This document shows positions 1 through 8,130 of a stretch of 64,000 bases of DNA, in pieces (position 1 is the stretch's first letter; each line of letters begins with the position of its first letter). Under the pieces are notes generated by a model. That model made no database searches and was not told the origin of the DNA. It worked only from the letters and a program-made list of their open reading frames with translations. Position numbers and translations under genes: made by a program. The DNA comes from Oscillospiraceae bacterium. Lineage in GTDB: Bacteria; Bacillota; Clostridia; UBA1381; UMGS1253. The stretch is taken from assembly GCA_015068725.1 (NCBI GenBank), contig SVKA01000006.1:11562-75561 (forward strand), given 5' to 3'.

Positions 1-208
1 TTGGGAAATATTTGCCGAACTCACCGCGGAGCGGCTGCCGTGAAATTCTTTGAGAGTAGGGGCAGACGGGAACTCCCGTAACAGAGTAAAGATGTGATGG
101 CATCTAAGGGCATCCTTTAAGGATGAAGAAGAGTGGTACCGCGGAAGCATAATAAGGATTTTACGCTTTCGTCTCTTTGAAATCAACGAAGAGACGAGGG
201 CGTTTTTT
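1..208 (+). promoter_or_regulatory. T-box leader (tRNA-sensing transcription attenuator), 5'-truncated by the window edge; probable Leu (CUC) specifier
   Basis: T-box core AAGAGTGGTACCGCGG at 129-144. Stem III-like hairpin CATCCT/AGGATG at 111-125. A 14-15 bp terminator helix (164-177 pairing with 189-202) is followed by TTTTTT at 203-208. GAA-CTC-A at 17-23 fits the specifier-loop pattern. Stem I runs off the window. Confidence 0.8.
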
Positions 209-252
209 GTTGATTGGAAAAGAAAGGGTTAAAACGAAAGGGGTTTTATTAG

Positions 253-1641
253 GTGAAAAAAATCAATGTATCAGACATTACGTTAAAAAAGCTGGCACAG
301 GACAGAGAGGTTTCGCTTTTGTTTCGCGAAAAGACGGCAATTGCCGCTTGTGCAGATGCGCTTGGCGTAGATGCTATTGAGCTTTCGGCAATTAAAAATT
401 TGCGCGAAGATACTATTGTTTATAAAACGATTGCAAAAAATATTCAAAAGAGCATTGTTGCAATTCCTGTTGGTTTTTCATCTGATGATGTAAAAAATGC
501 GTGGGAATGTGTGAAGGAAGCCGCAGCACCGAGATTGCAGGTAGAAGTACCGACATCCACAGTTCAGATGGAGTATATGTATCATCTTAAGGCGGATAAA
601 ATGATAGCAAAAATTGCCGAGCTTGTTACAGAGGCAAAAAAGCTTTGTAATGATGTAGAGTTTGTTGCAACAGACGCTACACGTGCTGATGAGGAGTTTT
701 TGATTGAGGCAGTAAAAACGGCTGAGCAAAATGGTGCCAAGATAATTACAATTTGTGATGATGCAGGTATAGCACTTCCGGAAGAAATTGCAGCGCTTGT
801 TTCTAAGGTAAAGCAGGCTGTAAATGCAGATGTTTATGTGCAGGTATCTGACGCTATCGGTATGGCGGTATCTGCAGCAGTGGCGGCAATCAGTGTAGGC
901 ATTGATGGTCTAAAGTGTGCAATGGCAGGCGAAAATTCGCTTTCTATGGGCGCTTTGTCAAAAGCTATTTCAGCGCGCGGCGATGCGATTGGCGTTTCGG
1001 TAGCGTTAGAAAACACAAAAATTCACGCAAGCATTGATGATATGCTTTCAAAAATTAACCATGAAGCCTACAAAAGCGCAGATGATATAAGTGAGAAAAA
1101 GAAGATTTTGCTCGATGAGGATTCGACGCTTTCTGACGTGGCTTATGCGGCAAAGGTGCTCGGATACGATTTGTCGGATGAAGATAACGGCAAGGTGCAT
1201 AAGGTGCTTATGCAGGTTTGTGAAAAAAAGGGAAGCGTTGGTGCAAAGGAATTTGAGGCTCTTATTGCAAGCAACGCAATGCAGGCACCGTCAACATATC
1301 ATTTTGAAAGTTATTCAACAAGTTGCGGCAATTTGACGACGGCAATGTCACAGGTAACTCTTAGATGCGGTGATGAAATTCTTTGCGGCGTAAGCATAGG
1401 TGATGGTCCGATTGATTCGGTATTTCGTGCGATTGAGCAAAGCATTGGCTATCATTATGAGCTTGATGATTTTCAAATTCAGTCGGTAACAGACGGCAAG
1501 GAAGCACTTGGTTCTGCTTTGGTAAAGCTTCGCGTAGGCGGCAAGCTTTATTCAGGAAACGGCAGCTCTACCGATATTGTAGCGGCAAGCATCAGGGCAT
1601 ATATAAATGCACTCAACAAGATTGTGTTTGAGGAGGCGTAA
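253..1641 (+). CDS. LeuA-like protein: 2-isopropylmalate synthase-family TIM barrel with degenerate catalytic motifs plus a C-terminal LeuA regulatory/dimerisation domain
   Basis: GTG start 9 nt after AAAGGGG. Collinear with IPMS (TSTVQMEY, FVATDATRAD, ICDDAGIALP). The C-terminus (GDGPIDSVFRAIE...STDIVAASIRAYINALNKI) resembles the LeuA_dimer domain. DITLKKLAQ replaces DTTLRDGEQ, and VQVSDAIGMAV replaces HxHNDxGxAV. Confidence 0.85.
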   Translation: MKKINVSDITLKKLAQDREVSLLFREKTAIAACADALGVDAIELSAIKNLREDTIVYKTIAKNIQKSIVAIPVGFSSDDVKNAWECVKEAAAPRLQVEVPTSTVQMEYMYHLKADKMIAKIAELVTEAKKLCNDVEFVATDATRADEEFLIEAVKTAEQNGAKIITICDDAGIALPEEIAALVSKVKQAVNADVYVQVSDAIGMAVSAAVAAISVGIDGLKCAMAGENSLSMGALSKAISARGDAIGVSVALENTKIHASIDDMLSKINHEAYKSADDISEKKKILLDEDSTLSDVAYAAKVLGYDLSDEDNGKVHKVLMQVCEKKGSVGAKEFEALIASNAMQAPSTYHFESYSTSCGNLTTAMSQVTLRCGDEILCGVSIGDGPIDSVFRAIEQSIGYHYELDDFQIQSVTDGKEALGSALVKLRVGGKLYSGNGSSTDIVAASIRAYINALNKIVFEEA

Positions 1642-1643
1642 GG

Positions 1644-4103
1644 ATGAAACTGACCTTTTCTACAAAAAACGTAAACAGAGCATCTTTTTTTGATACCTGT
1701 CGTTATGCGTATGATTACGGATATGCGGGTTTTGAGATTTATGATGCAATAAAAGAGAGAAAACAACACCACGATAGTATTCTTCGAAGTGAACGCACGG
1801 CAGATTCTAAAAGAAAGCTTTTTAATCGTGGACTTAATGTTTCTGCTTTGGTGTATCCGTATCCGATAGAGAGTAGTGATGCGACCGCGGATTCCGTTGT
1901 AAAATATGTAGATATGGCGGCAAATGCGGGAATTGAGCGCATTATTGTGCGCATCGAGGAAAAAACCTCGAATGAGGTGCTTTGTGAAAAGATTGGCGAG
2001 GCTGTTAAAAAGGCAGGGAATGCTGATATTCAGATATTGTTTGAAACATCGGGTTATCTTGCAAAAACAGAGAACGTAATTGATATTATAAACTTTTTCT
2101 CTTCTGCGGCGGTAGGTGTTTCGTGGAATACGCGCGAAACGTACTTTAGAGCAGGTGAGAGCGCAGATACTACAATCAAAACGCTTGGTGCGTATATAAA
2201 ATATGTACGTCTTGGTGATATGAAGGATGGCAAAAGTGTGCTGATAGGAGAGGGCGAGCTTCCCGTAACAAACGTTATTAATGCTCTTTCTTCGCTGAAT
2301 TTTGACGGATATATCTGTGTCGATTGGAACGAAGAAATACAAGACGCCGATATTGTACTTACACATTTTACAAATTATATTGGAGGACTTTCCCGAAAGA
2401 AAAAGGAGAAAGACGGTGCATACTATAACCGCGACAAATCCGGTACGTTTGTGTGGAAAAAATACGACGTTATCGACGCAACTTTTTCCGATGTGCTTGA
2501 TACAATGGTTGAAAAGTATCCTGACCAGTATGCGTTTAAATACACAACGCTTGATTACACAAGAACGTATTCGCAGTTTCGTCGCGATGTAGACGAATGT
2601 GCGGCAGCGCTTATATCGCTTGGTGTAAAGGCGGGCGACCACGTTGCTATATGGGCGACGAATGTGCCTGCATGGTTTATTACCTTCTGGGCAACGACAA
2701 AAATCGGTGCAGTACTTGTTACAGTCAATACAGCATATAAAATTCATGAGATTGAATATCTTTTAAAGCAGTCAGATACACATACGCTTGTGATGATTGA
2801 GGATTGCAAAGATATTAACTATAAAGAAATTATCGAAGAACTTTGTCCCGAGCTTAAAAATATAAATCCGGGAGAGCCACTTTATTCGAAAAATCTTCCG
2901 TTCCTGCGAAATGTTGTTACGGTTGGATTTTCAATGGATGGCTGTCTTACATGGGAGCAGATGCTTGAGCGCTCATCGCTCATACCTCAGGAGGAGGTGC
3001 GCCGCAGAGCATCGCTTGTAAAGCCTGACGATGTTTGTAATATGCAGTATACATCAGGTACGACGGGATTTCCGAAGGGCGTTATGCTTACGCACAGAAA
3101 CATTGTTAATAATGGTAAAACTATTGGCGACAGAATGGATTTATCAACGGCAGATCGCATGATGATTCAGGTACCGATGTTCCATTGTTTTGGTATGGTG
3201 CTATCCATGACATCGATGATGACGCATGGCGGTACGCTCTGTCCAATGCCGTATTTTTCGCCAAAGTCATCGCTTGCATGTGTAAATGATGAGCATATTA
3301 CATGCTTCAACGGCGTGCCGACAATGTTTATAGCAATGTTTAACCACGCAGATTTTGCAAAAACAGACTTTTCGTATATGCGTACGGGAATTATGGCGGG
3401 CGCAAACTGTCCTGCGGATTTGATGCGCCGTGCATCTGTCGAGATGAATATGCGTGAGATTATTTCCGTATACGGTCAGACCGAGGCTTCGCCCGGATGT
3501 ACGATGGGCGAGGTTAATGAGGACCTTGACCACAGAGTTGAAACTGTTGGAAGCGCTTTTCCGGGAGTTGAATGTAAGATTATTGACCCTGAAACAGGCG
3601 AGGAGCTGCCTGATGGTGAAAGCGGCGAATTTGTTGCGCGTGGCTTTAACATTATGAAGGGCTACTATAAAATGCCCGAGGCAACAGCACAGACGATTGA
3701 TGCAGACGGATGGCTTCATTCGGGGGATATTTGCTGCAGAACATCTGACGGATATTACAAGGTTACAGGACGTCTTAAAGATATGATTATCCGTGGCGGT
3801 GAAAATCTTTATCCGCGTGAAATTGAAGAGTTTTATCTTACACATCCGAAGGTGCGCGACGTTCAGGTTGTAGGTGTGCCCGATGAAAAGTACGGTGAAG
3901 AATGTTGTGCGTGGATTATTCTTCATAAAGGGGAAGAGTCGGACGAAAATGAGATGCGTGAGTATGGTAATGCCTCTATTGCCCGCCATAAAGTGCCAAA
4001 GTACTTTGTGTTTGTAAAAGAGTTCCCCATGAATGCAGCAGGTAAAATTCTAAAATATAAGATGCGTGATGAATCGGTAGAAATTTTAGGATTAAAAAAG
4101 TAA
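1644..4103 (+). CDS. Fusion protein: N-terminal xylose-isomerase-like TIM barrel (sugar phosphate isomerase/epimerase family) plus C-terminal AMP-forming acyl-CoA synthetase
   Basis: The ATG lies 2 nt after the upstream stop. Residues 1-250 resemble AP_endonuc_2/TIM. Residues ~260-819 carry adenylation motifs YTSGTTGFPKGV, VYGQTEAS, GDICCRTSDGYYKVTGRLKD and the C-terminal GKILK. Confidence 0.85.
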   Translation: MKLTFSTKNVNRASFFDTCRYAYDYGYAGFEIYDAIKERKQHHDSILRSERTADSKRKLFNRGLNVSALVYPYPIESSDATADSVVKYVDMAANAGIERIIVRIEEKTSNEVLCEKIGEAVKKAGNADIQILFETSGYLAKTENVIDIINFFSSAAVGVSWNTRETYFRAGESADTTIKTLGAYIKYVRLGDMKDGKSVLIGEGELPVTNVINALSSLNFDGYICVDWNEEIQDADIVLTHFTNYIGGLSRKKKEKDGAYYNRDKSGTFVWKKYDVIDATFSDVLDTMVEKYPDQYAFKYTTLDYTRTYSQFRRDVDECAAALISLGVKAGDHVAIWATNVPAWFITFWATTKIGAVLVTVNTAYKIHEIEYLLKQSDTHTLVMIEDCKDINYKEIIEELCPELKNINPGEPLYSKNLPFLRNVVTVGFSMDGCLTWEQMLERSSLIPQEEVRRRASLVKPDDVCNMQYTSGTTGFPKGVMLTHRNIVNNGKTIGDRMDLSTADRMMIQVPMFHCFGMVLSMTSMMTHGGTLCPMPYFSPKSSLACVNDEHITCFNGVPTMFIAMFNHADFAKTDFSYMRTGIMAGANCPADLMRRASVEMNMREIISVYGQTEASPGCTMGEVNEDLDHRVETVGSAFPGVECKIIDPETGEELPDGESGEFVARGFNIMKGYYKMPEATAQTIDADGWLHSGDICCRTSDGYYKVTGRLKDMIIRGGENLYPREIEEFYLTHPKVRDVQVVGVPDEKYGEECCAWIILHKGEESDENEMREYGNASIARHKVPKYFVFVKEFPMNAAGKILKYKMRDESVEILGLKK

Positions 4104-4109
4104 ATTAAG

Positions 4110-4141
4110 AAAAAAATGCACCCCGCAGGGTGCATTTTTTG
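4110..4141. terminator. Bidirectional rho-independent terminator between convergent genes
   Basis: A-run, then TGCACCC-cgca-GGGTGCA, then T-run. Confidence 0.8.
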
Positions 4142-4159
4142 CGTTTAAGTTATAGTGTT

Positions 4160-7100
4160 TTATTTCTTTTCTGTAAATACAATCTCAACAAGTGAGTTCC
4201 ACTTATTTACGCTGTTTCCATAACCCTTGTATTTTACATATCTTGCCTTTGCACCACCAAGGTCAAACGGCTCAAGCTCTCCCGTTTTAAATGTACCACT
4301 TGTTTCCATACCGGTAATCACCGGCGTATAGTTTACGCCATCCTCGGAAACTTCTATGTCGAATTTGTATTTTCTTACATTACCCTGCATAAACGTGAAC
4401 ATAACCTTGTCAAGCGTTTTTACTCTGCCAAAATCATATATACCCCATGCGTCGTGATTATCGCTTGACACACCCCAATATGTGCCATAATTGCCATCAA
4501 AGCTTGCTTCAATTTGTCTTGCAGGATTTGCCTCTGCTCCGCTTTGTTCAGCTTTTACAATCTTGATATAATTTTCTACTCCAAGCTCTTTTTGTCCGTC
4601 CATAGCAGGGATTATTGTTACCTTTTCTGCAAATTCATCCCACGAAACCTTTGCGCCAAGGTTTTCAGCAACAAAACGTACAGGAATTACAAATCTGCCG
4701 TCAATTATCATCGCCGGAACATCAAGTTCAACTGGTTCATCATTTACATAAACCGTATTCTGATTTTCTGTAATTACTATCCTTGTATCACCATTATCAG
4801 CCGTTGCTGTCAAGGTTGCCTCATCCCAAGTTACCTCAGCATCCATAGCCTCTAAAAGCGCACGCATAGGAATAAGCGTTCTGCCATCTCTTATTGTCGG
4901 TGGTACATCTGAATAGAGGAAGTTGTTGTTAAAGAAGATTGTTACGCCTTCAACCTCGGGTGCGCCACCGTCTGTAAACTTTTTGTCTGCATCTGCGCTT
5001 GCATAGGTAAGTGTATACTCACCTGCAGGAGCAGTAAAGTAGATTATACCACCATCTTCTGATGCAATCTGTGTGTCGATTTCGCTACCGTTTACAGATA
5101 TTTTCCACGTACCTGCCTCAAGACCTGCAACGTTAACCTTGAGCGCAGCTTCGCCACCCGGAACTGTGAATGTTACAGCATCCTTTGTGCGAGCCTTGTT
5201 TTTATTAAACATAACAACTCTGTCAAATATCTTTGCACCGGCAAAGCTGTCTGTTTCAATAAGTTCTGCCTTTTCAACAGGTGAATTATCATCAGCATTG
5301 CCAACGTACATTACATTTAACATATAGTCAACCTTGCCCGACTTCTTTGGCATAATTTCAACTCTGCCCCATCCTGCTTCAAGGCTACCACTAACATCTT
5401 CAACTCTGCCCGCATCGGAACCTGTTGCTTTGCCTGATTCTTCCAAAGTAAACCAGTTCTGGTCTTTGTTCCAGAAGCGCTTATCTTTTCCGCCGATTTT
5501 TTCAATCGCTAAATTTTCAGCAGCAGGAAGAAGTGTCTGATTTACAAGTTTGCCGTTATAGTCACGCTCTGTTCTTTTTATTGTAGTAACGTTACCGCTA
5601 ACCTCAGGCTCTTCTTGTGAGTGAAGAAGAAATGCCTTTTTCTTTCCGCCAACCTTTGTATCAACCTTGTCAAACACAACAAACGCAGCAGGATTTTTCT
5701 CGTTACCTGTCGGAAGGAAAATCATATGACGAAGAGCTTCGTTTACGCCATCATCACTGTCAGAAGTGTATGCGTTTGCAATATCACCTGCTATATATGA
5801 ATATTCCGGATACTGCAAATCAGGACCAAACTCGTGGCCAATAACGTCTGCCCAGTGATTTTCCTTATTTTCCTGATAACCCTTCCATGTACTATCAATC
5901 CAGTAGAAGTTCTTTCCGGATCTGCTATCTACACCAATTCCGCCTATACCCTGGTTCTGATTGCCCCATTTATTATAATCAGTTTCTATTACAAGTGTGT
6001 TATGTGCAACAGACTGCACGGTATAGTGTGCATGCTGATCTGAGCTATGTTTTTCATACCAGCCCGAGTCATTTGCCAAAATACCTTTATAGTAAATCAT
6101 AAAGTGTCCGCAGTCATAGTGCGCATGGTTCATACCATTGTACTCACCAATCATCATCGTCGCTACAACGTCGTTTGACTTTGTGCCCATATTCCAGCCT
6201 GTACGTGCAACCATCTCACCAACCGGTGAACCAAAATATTTTGTAAGCGGAAGTGTTTCGGCAGATGCCTTTGTCGCATCAACTGAAATATCATTGAGCA
6301 GAAGCATTTCCGTAGGAAGTACACCCTCTCGGCCAATTCTTGGTTTAAATCCGCCCTGATATAAAAATTCTTTTTTCAAAATTGGATCGCCCTGTAAAAC
6401 CGAGCCCATAAACATACCGTCTGTGCCCTTCATTGCGTATGTATTTTTCGGTATTCCGTTAAATCCTGCAGTATCATCGCCGTCAATCATCAAAAGACCA
6501 TCGGGGCGACGCTTATATATCCACTCATACATAAGGCTTGCAAGCTGGTCTTCATTGAACAGTTCATAACCACTCATACGTTTAACAAGCATATGTGCAT
6601 ATGCCAAAGATGTATAACGATTCATAAGTCCATAGCAGCTTCCCTGTGAATGTTGTCCCGACTGAGTCCACCAGTTTGTATATGCAACAGACTCATCAGA
6701 CAATATCTTGCCCATTACAAGGTTATATGCATCGGGATATTCGTCATAAGCGGCAATCGCCATTACAAGCCAGTCACGATAAAGCTGTGCTTCGGCGCCG
6801 TGACCGCAGATGATAGTCTGTTTGTCCGGTGGGAAGCCAACCTCCATATCGGATGATATCTGCTGTGCAAGAAGCATCAGTTCTGCTTTATCCTTCTCAC
6901 TAAGCAATGGATAACACCAGTCATATACCTGACCAATGGTTTTTAATGCATGTCCTTCATTACGAGTATTATCACCTATCGCCGAAAAATCAATAGATTC
7001 TGCATAAGTTTTCATTGCAGAAATTGCCTGTTTAGCGTTTTCTTCGTTTCCATACAGCGCATAATCAAGCGCTTTTGCCGAAATTATCTCAAGTCCTCTA

Positions 7101-7954
7101 GCATTATAATTCGAAGATGTATTTGCAAGCACGCCATTATATTCTGCATCTTTAAGCGAGTTAAACTCTTTAACAATTTCAGTCATTTCCGGACTTGCTA
7201 TATTTTCCATAATTTTAGGAATATCCTTTTTTGTAAAAAATACTCTCGGATGCTCCGGAGGTGGTGTTATTGTAGGAATAGGATAGCGGTCCTCGGGCAT
7301 TTTGGCCGGTTTGCCAACTTCTGCAGGATCAGGCAACTTACCCGTCCCTTCCGGTTGATAAGCAGTATGTTTAGTTATAATAATCTTATCCAGTATACAT
7401 CCGGGTTCACGGGCTTGTATACGTATTTTTTGTTTATCGCCGGCATTTTCAACCAATATTGAACCCATTCTGTCCCATCTGTAGTCCGTTTCATGTTCAG
7501 ATAACTGTCCTGCAAAGCCATCAGAAAGGTAGCCTGTGTTACCTGTTCTGTATTCAGTAGCACCATAATCAATAAAGATTGTGTCACTGCCACCGGTCAT
7601 TGCCAGAAAGCGAACCCACATATTATATTTGCCCGCCTGATCAAATTCTACCTCAAAGCCTACCATAGCAGGGGTATCCGGTGCAGGTGTCACCAAATTT
7701 GTGGGGATAAACTTTACGTGTTTTCTGCCCGACGCTTCTTTGGCATTTTCTATTTGTACATTCCCCGGGTCAATAACATGTTTTTCAAGCTCGACCGCAA
7801 CCGAGCCTGCCTCCGTAGTATACAGTGCATACTTCGTCGGATCGTCAGCATCTGCCGAACCGGCACTTGTCATAACCGGATACACGGCAAATATACTCAT
7901 AAGCATTGTAAGTATCAAAACAAGTGTAATCGGTTTTACTGTTTGTTTTTTCAC
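4160..7954 (-). CDS. Secreted multidomain polysaccharide lyase (heparinase II/III-like) with an N-terminal CBM-like domain, a copper-amine-oxidase-N-like 'stalk' domain and a C-terminal F5/8 type C (discoidin/CBM32-like) domain
   Basis: Signal peptide MKKQTVKPITLVLILTMLMSIFAVYPVMTSAGSADA. EHPRVFFTKKDIPKI and NHAHYDCGHFMIYYKG are heparinase II/III-type motifs. A stalk-like repeat DGRTLIPMRALLEAM...GRFVIPVRFVAENLGAKVSW is present. The discoidin-like C-terminus contains FDGNYGTYWG. Confidence 0.75.
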   Translation of the reverse strand: MKKQTVKPITLVLILTMLMSIFAVYPVMTSAGSADADDPTKYALYTTEAGSVAVELEKHVIDPGNVQIENAKEASGRKHVKFIPTNLVTPAPDTPAMVGFEVEFDQAGKYNMWVRFLAMTGGSDTIFIDYGATEYRTGNTGYLSDGFAGQLSEHETDYRWDRMGSILVENAGDKQKIRIQAREPGCILDKIIITKHTAYQPEGTGKLPDPAEVGKPAKMPEDRYPIPTITPPPEHPRVFFTKKDIPKIMENIASPEMTEIVKEFNSLKDAEYNGVLANTSSNYNARGLEIISAKALDYALYGNEENAKQAISAMKTYAESIDFSAIGDNTRNEGHALKTIGQVYDWCYPLLSEKDKAELMLLAQQISSDMEVGFPPDKQTIICGHGAEAQLYRDWLVMAIAAYDEYPDAYNLVMGKILSDESVAYTNWWTQSGQHSQGSCYGLMNRYTSLAYAHMLVKRMSGYELFNEDQLASLMYEWIYKRRPDGLLMIDGDDTAGFNGIPKNTYAMKGTDGMFMGSVLQGDPILKKEFLYQGGFKPRIGREGVLPTEMLLLNDISVDATKASAETLPLTKYFGSPVGEMVARTGWNMGTKSNDVVATMMIGEYNGMNHAHYDCGHFMIYYKGILANDSGWYEKHSSDQHAHYTVQSVAHNTLVIETDYNKWGNQNQGIGGIGVDSRSGKNFYWIDSTWKGYQENKENHWADVIGHEFGPDLQYPEYSYIAGDIANAYTSDSDDGVNEALRHMIFLPTGNEKNPAAFVVFDKVDTKVGGKKKAFLLHSQEEPEVSGNVTTIKRTERDYNGKLVNQTLLPAAENLAIEKIGGKDKRFWNKDQNWFTLEESGKATGSDAGRVEDVSGSLEAGWGRVEIMPKKSGKVDYMLNVMYVGNADDNSPVEKAELIETDSFAGAKIFDRVVMFNKNKARTKDAVTFTVPGGEAALKVNVAGLEAGTWKISVNGSEIDTQIASEDGGIIYFTAPAGEYTLTYASADADKKFTDGGAPEVEGVTIFFNNNFLYSDVPPTIRDGRTLIPMRALLEAMDAEVTWDEATLTATADNGDTRIVITENQNTVYVNDEPVELDVPAMIIDGRFVIPVRFVAENLGAKVSWDEFAEKVTIIPAMDGQKELGVENYIKIVKAEQSGAEANPARQIEASFDGNYGTYWGVSSDNHDAWGIYDFGRVKTLDKVMFTFMQGNVRKYKFDIEVSEDGVNYTPVITGMETSGTFKTGELEPFDLGGAKARYVKYKGYGNSVNKWNSLVEIVFTEKK

Positions 7955-8095
7955 TTTTTATTCCTCCTTCGGATATTATTTGTGTAAGTGTTTACAACAC
8001 TTCTAATATTAATGTACGATATTTTTTTATAAGTTTCAAGACACTTTGCCGTTTTGTGTGAAATAGGAAATAAAATGTGTGATAATGGAAATATA

Positions 8096-8119
8096 AAAAG
8101 GACGCTTGTGCGTCCTTTT
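8096..8119 (-). terminator. rnj terminator
   Basis: AAAAGGACGC-ttgt-GCGTCCTTTT hairpin with a T-run on the minus strand, 12 nt after the rnj stop. Confidence 0.75.
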
Positions 8120-8130
8120 ATCTTAAAAAA

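Noticed and set aside
177-380. 67-aa ORF overlapping the T-box terminator and the start of the LeuA-like gene
   Set aside because: It starts inside the terminator stem and is out of frame with the well-supported downstream CDS. It has no RBS and a basic, low-complexity composition. The region is explained by the riboswitch.
3267-3989. 240-aa antisense ORF inside the acyl-CoA synthetase domain, with similar cases at 34025-34738, 51937-52614, 58282-58908 and 37005-37547
   Set aside because: Where I checked the register (this ORF, 34025-34738 and 51937-52614), they are codon-aligned shadow frames of strongly supported genes. All have implausible compositions and no RBS or promoter signals.
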